From Klebsormidium nitens (Eukaryota; Plantae; Klebsormidiophyceae), in the NCBI GenBank assembly GCA_000708835.1, contig DF237414.1, positions 1 to 64,000 on the forward strand: a DNA stretch of 64,000 nucleotides. The letters run 5' to 3'. How positions within the stretch are numbered: position 1 is the first letter of the stretch; each line of letters starts with the position of its first letter. Under the pieces are notes generated by a model, which had not been told where the DNA came from, searched no databases, and worked only from the letters and a program-made list of their open reading frames with translations. A program made the translations under genes and the position numbers. This document shows, one piece after another, positions 12,590 through 25,000 of the stretch.

Positions 12590-12902
12590 TGCGCCCTTCA
12601 AATGCGCCCCCCTGGCTGAGCGGACGTGAAAAGAGGGCGAGAGAAGCGGAGAGACCGCTCTTGTAAGTCAGTTTCTAAAATTCGACTGTACGACGGATCG
12701 GCCGAAAGACGTTGGTTTAGCCTCCAAACGCGGTGCGAGTTTTATACGCGTACAGCATTTTCTCATCGCCAGGCGCGACGAACAGGTTCAGAAGCCCCAC
12801 CTGGCTTTTCACTAAGTTTGCAGATCTCTCTTCGTCGACAGTGCTTCATAAGGCCATACTATGTTTAGTAAGCTCAAGGTTTAGTAAGAACGAGCTATTA
12901 AA

Positions 12903-12970
12903 CACTAAAAACCTAAACCCAAATAATCACTCGCTCCGCACCCGCACCCTAACCACCATACTAACCCTAC
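12903..12970. promoter_or_regulatory. Cluster of degenerate telomere-like (telo-box-like) motifs upstream of RPL5
   Basis: acctaaaccc, accctaacc and ctaaccctac lie within about 70 nt, some 320-380 nt upstream of the RPL5 ATG. None is a perfect AAACCCTAA. Confidence 0.35.
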
Positions 12971-12997
12971 CCGTCCCAGTACTAAACATTGAGCTTA

Positions 12998-13425
12998 GGG
13001 TACCGTCACTTTGAAGTGGCACCCCCTTAGGTATTCCGTTGGGGGGGGGGGGCTTGGGTTGCTTCAGCCAACCATAGGCGGGGAGGGGGGGGGTGCTTGT
13101 GGCCTTTCACTTGGGGCGCAGCCCCAGCTGGATCCTAGCTATAGAGATTCCGCTTTTTGGTGCTAATTTGTCCTCGTTTAGCAGGTTTTTAGCCCACGGG
13201 ACTGAGAATTAGGCCCTCGAATGCACCAAGATGCACTTCCCAACGTAAAAGAAGGGCAAAAATGTGTATACGACAGTGCTTTTCTGGCCCGGCTGGTGGC
13301 TGACCGGCCCGGGGCCTTGACCATTTTTGTGAAGACAAGGCCGGGAGGGGGGGGGGGCTTGTGACCCTTTGGCCAAAGTGCCTCTAAAATACCTAACCGG
13401 GTGCCACCTCAAAGTGACGGTACCC
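12998..13425. mobile_element. Tourist-like (PIF/Harbinger) MITE, 428 bp, non-autonomous
   Basis: Left TIR is GGGTACCGTCACTTTGAAGTGGCACCCCCTTAGGTATT (12998-13035). The right end reverse-complements to GGGTACCGTCACTTTGAGGTGGCACCCGGTTAGGTATT, a 35/38 match. TTA flanks both ends (12995-12997 and 13426-13428). There is no transposase ORF, and the interior has poly-G tracts. Confidence 0.9.
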
Positions 13426-14147
13426 TTACTAAACATATTCTAGAGAACGATCATATTAAAATGATTCATTGTCAATTCTGCTGAAGAGAGAAGTTACTGG
13501 CACTGGCAATCACTCTAAATTGTAGTTGTCAGCTTGAGTGGCGCCTTGCTGGTCCTCTTCTGGCGTACTGCGCTAGTCAAGTCTACTTCTGCCGTTGTTG
13601 CAGTCTGGAGGGCTGCTCTGTGTAAGGAAGGCTGCTCTGTGTGTCACAAACCTGTGTCTAGCGACTCTGTTCTTGCCTTCAGAGGCAGGGCACCAGATTC
13701 CAAACGCTGGGGATGTGAGAGAGGGGAGTAGGAAAGCGGAGGGTTTGCATTCAGGGGAGGGCCAAGCAGATTCCTTCTCTGGAGAACTTGATAGAGAAGG
13801 GTCTCACCATTGGCGAGGAGCAGTACACAGCAATGAAAGTTGAGAAGATGTGCAACCTGGACTAGCCAGTGGCACCTGACAGTGCTCCTTTGGCTGCATT
13901 CCCGTTCATGAATGTGCCTCTTCATGTGCAAACTTCCACAGCTAGCTGCAAGTAGGGTCCAAACACAGAACACTCTGGGACACAAATGCGCGTCACGTAA
14001 ATCCGAAAGGTCCAAGCAGAGAAACCTTACTGCACACCTGTGATCTAAAGCATAGTTAGGACTGTTGAAAACATGGTCCGGTAGAATCACACTCTGGTCG
14101 GATGATCTTTCAGAGAAGCAGCCCAATCGCGCAGCGTCCCTGTGTCG

Positions 14148-17100
14148 ATGCGCCCCTCGAAGGGAGGCCGCAAGGGGCGGCGGGCCCCTCGGGGGTGGGG
14201 CCCTTCCCACCAGCGCATCAACTGGCCTGCTGTCGTGTGCTGGCTCCTCGCAGTCCTTGCAGTCACTCTCTTCATCACTAGTGCCCCTTCAGAAACTCCC
14301 ACGCTGTCGAGCCATGAGGGGCCAATGCGGGTGGAGCACTGGCGGAACGGAAGCACGGTGATTGTGGGGAGCGTTTCGGCGCCTGTGACTGTGCAGTACG
14401 ATGAGGTGCGTGCCGCAACGGGGCGGCCAGATGGGGAGGCGGTGGACGTGTTTATGAGCAGCGACCAGCGGGACTTGCGGCCGATCGTGGTGGTCATGAA
14501 CTCGACGCTTGTGCATACGAGGTGCGTGAACAGAAATATGCAGACAATTGTCAAGTTTCAGCATCATTCACACACGTAGTTCAGCAAATCGTTAAACACG
14601 TTGCAGAACCGACCGGTGGCATTTGTTTAATGCGTTCACTTGAGCGGGACAAATGCTCCATTCCAAGGAGCGGCAAGATGGTGTCTGCCTCGTGCCGTCA
14701 GTTAAGTCAAGGCCTGCGACCAAAACGGACCTGCCCATTTCTATGTAGAAACTTTCGTCCTCCCAGCTGAGATCCACCTCCTTTTCTTGCTCTGTCTTTT
14801 CTACCTCCAAGATGCCCTGTATGTGCCCCGTTTGAGTGTATATTACTAGTTAGCTTTAGCGCCTTCCGGAATGATCTGCAGGAAACAAGGTGTCTGGCTT
14901 GAAGGCTTCCGTTCTCCCCGCAGGTACCCTGAACGCCTGTTCTTTCATCTCATCCTGCCCCCAGCATATGCAGACTACGCTTCCAAAGTCCTCAGCCTCA
15001 TCTTCCCCAACACTGCTTTTGGAATCAACGAGTAAGATTTTTGAGGCTTAACATTCTGTTTGTATATTTATATTTTTCGTCTAAAAACATGAAAGGATTG
15101 TACTTGGAACATACGAAGATAGTTACTGTCATGTCTTCGTGTAGAGGAAAAACACTTCGTACCTGGTCAGCTCTATTGAAGGCCAGAGGGGTCAGTAGAA
15201 AATAGTCCGTTCATCCGTCAACCTAGCTTTCTGTTTGTAGCTCGTTTTGTCCCTCAGGTCCGTGTTTATACATGCTCTGTGCCAACTGTTTTCGACCTGC
15301 TTTGTAGGACCTTGGCTGATGGTCATGTCTCGGTTTCTGCATCTTTGGTTCTTGAAGTCTGATGCACAACAAAGCAGCTTCACGCTCCTGTCACGGGCCT
15401 AATCTTCTTGTCATGTCACGAAAGTGGTGTCAAAGTCGCTCTGAACCGGAAGAGCAAAGTACTCAAGGTCATGATCCTTTCGATACGTCATGGAGAAAAG
15501 TAGTGCGGCTGAGGTAAAAGGATCCTGCAGTACACCACTTTACTGCAAGTAAGCGACAACTAAATTTGGGGCATGCTCACAGATCCGGTGAAAGGAGAAC
15601 GCTGACCCCCACACGGCTTGGGACTAAGCTTAAGCGCGCCCGACCGGTATGTACTTTGTCGACGACCAACGTCGATCTCACCTACAGTCTAACGTTCGGG
15701 GCTACAGGTTCAAAACGTCTATGCTAGGTCGCCAGCAACCCGGCACGTCAAACCTCGCCGGCAGTGACGTGATCAAGCCCCCTTTCGCTCGCGCATAGAG
15801 CACCAAGCAGCTTGGGGGTCTGCGACTGCAAACTGCGGTCCGCATGCTCCTTCAATTCCGTTCTCAAACCACTTGTTTTCCCCTCAGGAACGCCGCCGAC
15901 ATCCACGCCATCAAGCGGCGGCTCGTGCGCATCAACGGCACGTACGTGCAGCAGGGCCTGACCAGCCTGTACGCTTACTTCCCGTACTACCTCCCGCACA
16001 TCGCTCCCGGCCTGGAGCGGATAATTTATCTGGACACAGACGTCGTCGTCAAAGCGGACATCACCGAGCTCGCGGACATGGCGATGCACGGCTTCCCCTT
16101 GGCGGCGGTGAGCGAACGCGAAGCTAAGGCCGTTCAAAGTTAGATCCCGGTTTCCGGTCGCCAGCGGGCCCAAAGTCGAAGGATTCTGAAAAATAAGATT
16201 CATACAAAATCTCATTTTCACTCTTCCTCTCTGTCGGATAACGAGCTTGCTGGTGTTGTTCCCGTCGAGCAGACGCTCCTAAGATTCGCAGAATGCTCGT
16301 TTCGACCTTCACATCTGATACGGTACTACTCAGTCCAGAAGATGCTGAAAGTACGGCAATAGAAGGTCAGTCGAGAAATCTGGATTGAAGCTCTTCACTG
16401 ATCTACCCAAGTCCCTGATCTTTGGTGTCCCACCAAGCTAACGTTCGTTTCTTTGAACAAGTAACACACAAGCCCCTTACTGTGTATCAGTAGCGAAAAG
16501 AGTTTGAAGTTTGCTAGAAGGTTTACTACAGTTACCAGTTTCCGAAGCTCGGACGTGCCGTAGGCGGGTAAAGGACTGCTCGCAGACGTTCGGGCTGGTG
16601 CTCGAGTATTGCGCTCTACTGTACTCGTCCCTCTGGATTGAATCCCGTCTTATCGGATGACAAGCCTCCGTATGCACATGGAAATGGATGTCATTTATAT
16701 GGTCGACGAGCCCTCCTCAATTTTTTAGTATAACAATCAGCGAAACGGAATTATGCCTCGAGCACGTGGAGGACTGCTCGCGGACGTTCGGCCTCGCACT
16801 CAGAGTTCCGCATTCTTTTGCTCTTCTCAACTTCCCTGTAACTTTACCGAATCCTGTTGGAAGACGAGCCAAAGTAGATTGCTTTCGACGAGCCCTCCGC
16901 TGGTTGCAGGCGATCGCAAAGGATCTCATACTCTTACGTTTGCTGGGTATGCCGTGTGCAGGTGGAGGACTGCTCGCAGACGCTCGGCCTGGTTTTCGAT
17001 TTGCGCACTTTTGCCGGACACACACTTACACTTGATTGGACTGGACGCACTCCACTTGCCGAGACTTCACTCGCACTCCAGTCACCAAAAGTTGAACGCA

Positions 17101-18456
17101 CTTGACTTAGCCACGGACGCACGTTTCGCAGGTGGAGGACTGCTCGCAGACGTTCGGCCTGGTGCTCGACTTCCGCATGCTCGCGCACATCAAGAAGGAC
17201 GCGGTCCCCGGGGAGCCCGGCCGCGAGTCGCGCTACGACAAGGGCGCGTGCAGCGTCAACCGGGGCGTCATGGCGGTGAACGCCAACTTCTGGCTCATCA
17301 AAAACATCACCGGGCACATCGAATGGTGGATGGAGCACTCGGGGCGCGGCAAGGCGGCGCTCTACAGGTGAGGGGCTCAAACGAGATCGATCCGCGTTTT
17401 CAGTCGGCGTTTTGCGAATTGTTGAAAAGAGGTTTAAGCACGTGGTTTTTGCGGCGATTTCCTACGCACCGAATCCTGCTTTCGTGTCGCCGAGAAGTGG
17501 CACACTTCGTAGTGCGTTGAGCGAGTCCGAACGTAGCATACGGGCTGACCGCAGCCTTACGTGTCACCTTGACGTGACGGCGTTGTTTCAATTAGAGTGG
17601 GCGATCTTTATCTCTGACGGCCAATCGGAAGGAATGCTGGCGATCTTCGAAGCAGATCGTTTAGCCCCCTTCTGTTGAGTTGGCGGAGCGAAGTCGATGT
17701 CGATGAGCCGGAATTCTGATCTACTGTCTTCGATCGACGGCGAGTACCTCAGCCGCTGTTGTCTGTTCCATGCGTTGAAAGCGGTTGTATCGGTCCCGAT
17801 TGAGTGGACCGCTGAGCACCGAGCGCTTTGGCTTCGTCCCTTTGGCCGAGAAAATGAGCACGAGAGGGCTATCTGCCGGGAAACTCGGTCTTTGCCCGAG
17901 AGAGAGGAGGGCGCAGTTTCTGCGATCGCTATGGTTGATCGTGCTCCAAATTTTCTCTGTACAAACAATTTCATTTATTGTTTGTCGGACCTGCTTTACC
18001 CTGAGGTGTGCTTCTTCGTCGACGAAAACCCACTATGTTAATATTCTTTTTCCCACCGGCAGGTACGGACAGGCACAGCCCCCTTTTCTCCTCGCAGCCA
18101 ACAAAAAGTACATGAAGCTGCCGTTAGAGTGGAACGTGCGGGGCCTCGCGCGGGACGAGTTTATAGGCAAAGAAAAAGAGGGTCTCGCGAAGCTTGGGTA
18201 CGACAAGGATTACTTCGACAAGATAGGGGTCCACGGAAAGAAGCCGTTCGTCTCGCCGTTTGCAGACACGGCTCGCGTGTTGCATTTTAACGGGCGGCAT
18301 AAGCCGTGGATACGAGGCCGGGATAGGGAGCCCGGGGAGCAGCCGCCCGCGCTGTGCGGCCAGCAGTTGGTAGATTGTGCGCAGCTTTGGTGGCAGTATC
18401 TGTCTCCAAAGGCGGAAGAAATCCTACTTGACTTGGAGAGACGACTAACTTTATGA
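14148..18456 (+). CDS. Glycosyltransferase family 8, type II membrane protein (GATL/GAUT/GLT8D-related), 5 exons
   Basis: Exons are 14148-14521, about 14924-15031, 15889-16107, 17132-17367 and 18063-18456, in consistent phase. There is an N-terminal TM helix (VVCWLLAVLAVTLFIT), a DxD motif (IIYLDTDVVVKADI), and the motifs EDCS, QPPFLL, WNVRGL and LHFNGRHKPW. Confidence 0.92.
16560..17185 (+). repeat. Tandem array of the GT8 exon-4 acceptor and exon start: 3 intronic copies plus the functional one
   Basis: The core GGACTGCTCGC(A/G)GACG(T/C)TCGG starts at 16573, 16771, 16967 and 17137 (spacings 198, 196, 170). The copy at 16967 keeps tgcag|GTGGAGGAC. Confidence 0.9.
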
Positions 18457-19631
18457 TTTTATCTTGACCAGCTGACGTGGCTAGCGGCATGATTCGACCC
18501 AACACCATTACAGCCCAATTTTGAAGAGGCTAATATTATGCACATGCCAATCTTTCAAGGCGCCAACCACAACATATGCCAGCCGCATACATGATGCATT
18601 GCGGCCGGGCCAACACGTGTGGGCCAGTGACCATGTTGCGTACCAGTGATTGGGTACATGCAAATAGTGGCTCCTCAGGTTAATTGAATTTACAATGCGC
18701 CGAGGTCACGAACTCGCAAATTTTGCAATACCGGCCGGACTTCAGCCCCTAGAGCTCAAATCTTGTAAAAGGAGGGTCATCTCATATGTGCCACAGGCAC
18801 CAAGTCTTCAATATCATTGGATGTATATGATAGATGTAACAACTCATGAAGTTTGCCGGTATCGTGCCTAAGAACTGATTGTAGCGTTTGATAGATTGTG
18901 ATTGGATTGTAACAATCTCTCAGTTCCTGCATTCTCCGTTTTCGCAAGCAATGTACTTCAAAACAAGTCCCTGACTTGCACACTTTCAGTTCATGGATAT
19001 CAGCTGAGAAGGTGCTTTCGCTGTTCTTATGAGCAACTTATGATAGCATCTGTGGACCCTGCTGTAAATGGAGTCTCCTCAGTCCTACACCACCTCAGGT
19101 CCTAGGTAACGCCCGGTGTCAGTCTTACACCCATCATTGCAGCGCACTGCAACAACCTCTAGACTACCTCCGCCAGTGATGTATCCAAGTGATCTCTTGG
19201 CACCATCTGCATCCTCGCAGTTCTTGCCACTACTTTCTCAATGTACGCGCAGGAGGATGCAGTAATCTACCTGTCTACCGAACCTCAGTAAGTCTGCCCC
19301 TGAAGATAATTATGCGTGCGATTGTCGTTTTGTACCCAGTCAAAAACACAAATCAACCCTGTCTGTCCCCTGAACAACACAGCAAACACCTGTAGCTGTC
19401 CCCTCCTCCCTACTGCATCTCCACCTAGCTTGATACCTTCAGAAAGTTCCCAGCAGTGCCACTCAGATAGCAAGATCTGCAAAGATATGTGTGGGAAGCA
19501 TTGAGAAATGTAAGACATAGCCCTGCACTCTGGCCACAGAACCTGCGCACAGAGCACAATCCAGACTTCAGCTTCATTTGTGGCACCACAATGGCAACAA
19601 AGCACAAATTTGACTCAACAATGATCAGACA

Positions 19632-21122
19632 TTAGAGTCTGCAGCCTGCAAGGCAACAGCTTGCTATCCTCTTCCTGCAACTTGTCACAGACTTACCGAT
19701 GTCTGCAGCCCTAGGACCCGCACACCTGAAGCATTCCGCTCGACTGGCAAAGTTGTGCTCTCCACAGTTGGTCCTGCACAGTCCAATATGTCAGCAGAGG
19801 CGAATTAAACAAATCAACACGTTCTGAACAAACTAAAAGATTGATGGTACAGGGACGTGTTTGGCAGGTTTCAGCAAGTGGCAGCATATTCCGACTTTGT
19901 GAGTGGTGGCACAATGTTTGCAGTGGCGATTGCGCTGCAGATCTTTGAGTTGTGAGCCTCTTTGGTATGTGACTTGTTCATTTGCCATCATCAGCGCAGA
20001 TTTGAGTTCGTCACGATGTGGAGAGATTGCCTTATCATTTCTGGCCATGAAGAAGAAGCCTTGAATCTGACAGTTACATTACCACGTTGCAGAAAGTAGA
20101 GCGGCTTTGAGGACAGCACGCACCTGGAACAGATCCAATCGCCTGGCTTGAACCCCTGCTTGCTTATCTTGCTGTTCTCTACCAGCATGTCGCCACTTCC
20201 ACCGACCTTCGGAACCATGCACTTGAAGCAGCTCTGGCGACTTGCGAAGTTGTGCGCCCCACAAGCGGGGTTGGTGCAGAACCTGCGAAGAAAGTGAGGC
20301 GGCATAACCACCAGAATGCACCAATACATTCTCATGTTCAGAGTTATTTGGAAAAGATGATCTTGAGACCAAAATGATTTGACCACCTTCTTTGATCCGT
20401 GAAGGAAGCACTTGCAAAATGACATAGAAACGAACGAGCTTAGCATGCTCAGTCCACATTTGACAGGATGGTTTGGCTGTGGATAGCCTGTGATTTTGTG
20501 AATTGCATAACTCTTAGTTTCCAAGACCACTTGAGTGGTATGACTGCACTGAATGTGGCAACTCCCCAAGAACTTGCACAAGCCTGCTGCTTACCAGTCA
20601 CCAGGGCGGACATTGGAAGCCATCCCAACAGCATCTCCTACGCGTTGCTCCATAGCAAAGTTCCCCATAGGGCCTTGTTGATACTGCAGACCCCAAGTCC
20701 CCTCTCCACCACTGGCATCATCAGCCATAAAGCGGGGCGTCTGGCAAAGAAGGAGGAGGGTTTTAGTTTTTGATGTTTTTCAGGATGCCTTATAACATGG
20801 TGGTAGAACACTTCTGATAAACCTTCTAACAAGGTGGTAGAACTTTTCTGTATACCATTCAATCAGCAATGGGCAAAAAGAGACTGAAATGCAGGTAGAG
20901 TCCCATTCAGGTTACCACCATGCAATGAGAGAAATGCAGGTTGTAATCATCAATCAAATTTTTGGAAAATAGATGATTAGAATGCAAGAAGTATCATGTC
21001 ACAATGTGTGCCACTTTTCTCACCTGGCACCGCTGGCAGGCATCACGGCGCGCGAAGTTCAAGTGCGTGCACTGGGGACAATTCCAATCCCCAGCCTTCT
21101 TTATCTGAGCTGACTGAGACAT
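19632..21122 (-). CDS. RanBP2-type zinc-finger protein with three fingers (At3g15680-like)
   Basis: Spliced protein: MSQSAQIKKAGDWNCPQCTHLNFARRDACQRCQ, NVRPGDWFCTNPACGAHNFASRQSCFKC, FKPGDWICSRTNCGEHNFASRAECFRC. Exons are 21122-21024, about 20740-20594, about 20282-20124 and about 19761-19696. The last few codons and the stop position are uncertain. Confidence 0.9.
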
Positions 21123-22078
21123 GCTGAGCTGACCAAGCTATCTTTGAGAGTGGCCTCCGTGATGCTTGTGACCGCTCCCAAGCTTCTGACAGCCTGCAAA
21201 GGCTGCCAAAGACACACTAGTGGAATGCGCAGGAACCCTGCTCCAAAGCTCCTGCCTGCGCCTTCCTGCGCCTCAGACAGAGCGTCTTCAACTTCAAGTT
21301 CTGAAGGACGAAACAGTGCTCTAGCAGCTCAGAAGCAATCAAAGAACGAATGTGGTGTGAAAAGCCCACCTGTGCACCTGGTGCTAGCGACTGGCACACG
21401 CCACTGACAATGCACGGAGCAAGGCTGGCACGTGACTGGCAGCGAAGACAACTGCCGGCTAGGTAAAAAGCGAAGGAAGCAACATTGTACCCAGATCAGC
21501 TTGCCTAGGCATCGAACGGTAGCGCGAATGAAGTTGCTTGATCGAACGGCTTCAGAGCTGTTACAACTGAAAAGGGTAGTTTTCATTCGCGTTAAAGCGG
21601 CATTCAAAATCCGTTCGCGCCAAAATCCACTCAAGTTCTGGCACTGCAGTCTGGACTGCCAGCTGGCGCATTTGGGCCTGTTCTCATTCCACTTCTGATG
21701 TACTGAGCTTTCGACACTCTGCTCAGCATTCAGAATCAAATGTGGGCAAAGCAGCAGCTGAGGCTGCTGATCCAGTGATTGGAACAGGAAGCCTGAACTT
21801 GGGGGTTTGAAGTGCGGGCAGAAGACGAGGAGGAGTTGGTTGTTGAGAACAGGGGCGAGGCCCATCGTTATCAGTCGTGATCAGGTTCAGGTTTCCGGAT
21901 CATGGTGGATGAAACCAGCTCCCAACCTTTGAGAGTCCCCGTTGAGATGCAACTGCAGGTCATCTTAGAAGCAAACCACCGTTTATTTGTAAAGCAGTAA
22001 TAGTTAAGAGCTTAGTTGGCAACTTGCTCTCTCTGAGCAGAGACTGGTCCCTGGTTTTGTGTCTATGCACAGGCCAGC

Positions 22079-25000
22079 ATGCCTCTTTTGAAGAGGAAAC
22101 CGTATAGTCTCAGTAAGCGCCCGAAGGGACTGGAACCAAATGAGCAAGTGTTTAAGGTCCGCATAACCGGAGAGGTGTTCCGAGAGTATGAGTAAGCCCA
22201 CAGTCATTGGTATTCCCGCACCATGCCTTGAAGATGTGAAATGCGCCACTCACTGTTTCATGCAAATCACATTTCACGGGGTTCTGACCATCAATTGGGA
22301 TCACAGATCTTGAGCTGGTCCTGTTTAAGGTCTCCGTTGTGACTTTGTCGGCAGACTGCTTGCATTGTTCGCGCTGTCTACACCACTACTACTGGATGTA
22401 GCCGGTTTTACCACCTTTTCGGACGGTGTGTCTCAACAGGTTTTTCTATGATTGTGAATAAAGAGCAACATGTCTTTTCTGCAAAGAACTCTATGTCGTT
22501 TGTGCTGTGTTGATGGCAGGTGTGTCCCCGTGGAGTCAGTGATTAGTGACGTCTAACTGGTGCTGTAGCAGATCTTCTTGACAGCAAGTGCTGACGGCAC
22601 TTTTTTCGTGGTTGACTGGTCTGAGAGGCCCTTCAGAACCCTAATGCTTAAGAGGACCACTCTTCCACTCGCTCAACGTTAGAAGCTGCAAAAGTTCACC
22701 AAGGCCGTTTTATACATGCAGCAAAAGTCTCCTTTCAACAAGCCCATTAGCAGGGTCTTGCTGCACTTACAAGGGCGCATGTGCTGACTTGTCTAAGTCG
22801 TAATAGAAAAGATGGAGTGCATCTCAACACCCCTGAATGAGCGTCAATTGTAAGAAGCGTATTTGATTGGAACCAGACTGACTTGGTGCCCCCATGGAAC
22901 TTCACACTTGGGAATTTTGCACCAGTCAAAGTGGCTCCTCTGACATATTAAGCAGTCCTGAGACGTCTGTTCCTATATGCAGGGACTACATTGGGAGGGT
23001 CAACTTGTACAGGCAGCGAGTCTGGACCTGTAAGGCAACCGGCAAAACAAACCTGACGTATGAAGAGGCTCTGCTGTCTGAGCAGCGGGCAAACGAGAAG
23101 ATCCAACAGTTCCCCAAGGCTTACGTCAAGCCGGTGCTAGAGATGATTCAATTCAGTAAGCCCAAGTATCCCGCTCTAGTTGTAGCGTGCCTTGCACTTC
23201 GAATGATTGTTGCATTCGGAACCTCCGTCCTTTGCAATCCATTGCAACAAGTGGGCGCTGATGAATGCACTCACCTCAGTCACAATATGGGCGCGGAAGA
23301 ACCATGAGTCAGGCAAGCCGAGAGCTGATTTCGCTTCTCAAACTTCAGGTGCTCTTAGGTGCTCTCATCAGTGGAGACATTCCATATTGCTCTCAGACCT
23401 TTGTCTGTGAATACAATATCCTTCTTAACTACGGTGATGAATTGGGTCTTCTGACCTCCAGTTTTTGCAGCCGGTTAAGCTCACGTCGTCTACGAACCTT
23501 TCACGAACAACCTCGCTTCAGCCAGCTAAGATAACTGGAAGGGGCACTGACCGGTTCAACCAGGCTTCGTTACAGGTTTAGCATGTCTGGTACAAGGGTA
23601 ATCTAAGCAGTGGTTAACAGTGGCTTCTCTTTTGTTTCCAGGCCAAGCCCGACTTGACGACCTTGTGGATACAATCTTCAAGACATTCAAAGACCGTTTT
23701 GTCAAGGGCGAGGAAGTCGGGCTGAAGAAAGATGAGGGCGCCTTGTAAGTCACATGTATATCCCCGGATGCATAAGCTGTACCTGAGTTATTGACCTGCA
23801 CAAAAATGAAGAGTGTTGAGTGGAGGGTCCTCAAAGATTCCCTTTGGCTTGTCATCTCTACAAGGCACACCACTACAAACAACTGTCGCCACCATATTGT
23901 TGCTTCTTTGTCGATTTTGGAATTCCTTTTCGAATTCAAGGGCCCATAATTGTCGCAGAAGGTATGGGGTCTTCAAAGCGAAGTCGCAACCCTGACGGGT
24001 CTAGTCAGGAGCGTTTCATCCTAAAGCAGACCCAATGTTCAACAACAAGCTCATTGACTGGGATCTGTTTGCTGTGAATGTGTCGCACTTTCTATGCTTA
24101 GCGGCTGTTGTTACTGTGGGACTAACGGGATTGTCCATTCAACAAACCCGGCTTGCATTTCACACTTCTGATTAAGACAAGCAGTTGAAGAAACAGCAAC
24201 GAAGAAAAGCTCTTACCGCGGGATCGAACTTCCTGTACTGCAGGATTCGCGTCCGAGTATTGCGTGTCCTCGAAAATGACCGGTACGAGGTTGGGTGGAT
24301 TGCGAGCGACACGAGCGGGGCTGAGGAAGAGTACTGTGACACGACTGTGGAAGGAATGGACACCCTCGAGTGAGCTCCCTTGCACATCCGCATCTTATCG
24401 TCAGCCTTAGCGAGTCTCTGAGAAGATTTGCCGGATCAACAACGGACATTCCAGTCTCGTGGCCTCTTGTATCCAGTGATTTTGATATCATTGCTTGTCT
24501 TCCTTGTGTCTCTGCCAGGCGCAAGAAGTACCACTTTCAGAAGTGGCTCAGCAAGGTTCCTCAGAGATCATTTGTGATACTCTCAGGCCTTATGATGCAA
24601 CTGCGATACGCTCATTAGGCTCGGAATCAGACCTTTCAAATCTTGCCTCTGCTAGGCGCAAGAAGTACCCCCTTCAGAAGTCGCTCCTCAAGACCTTCAT
24701 CCGCGACTCCGCGACGATCGGCCTGACAAAGAACGCCCCGCTAGTTGTGCACGAGAAGCTGGCGCGCAAGTACGGGATCCCTACGGAGCCACCGGAGGAA
24801 TTGAGAGAGCTGCTGTCGCCAAAGGGCAAGGCGAAGGGAGGGGACAAGACGGCTGAAAAGGACGCCAAACTGAAACGGAAGGTAAGGATCTACGGATTGA
24901 TTTTTTACTCAATCATCAGAACCTTCTTTGCCCCCCCGGCGAAAGTAACATCAAGCTACCTCGTAGGAGCAGTAGGTGGGCTTCAAAGTCCTCACATTCG

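Noticed and set aside
15578-15647. Possible extra GT8 exon (cacag|...CCG|gtatgt)
   Set aside because: Its phase is incompatible with the next exon, and the direct 15031-15889 splice already gives a continuous frame.
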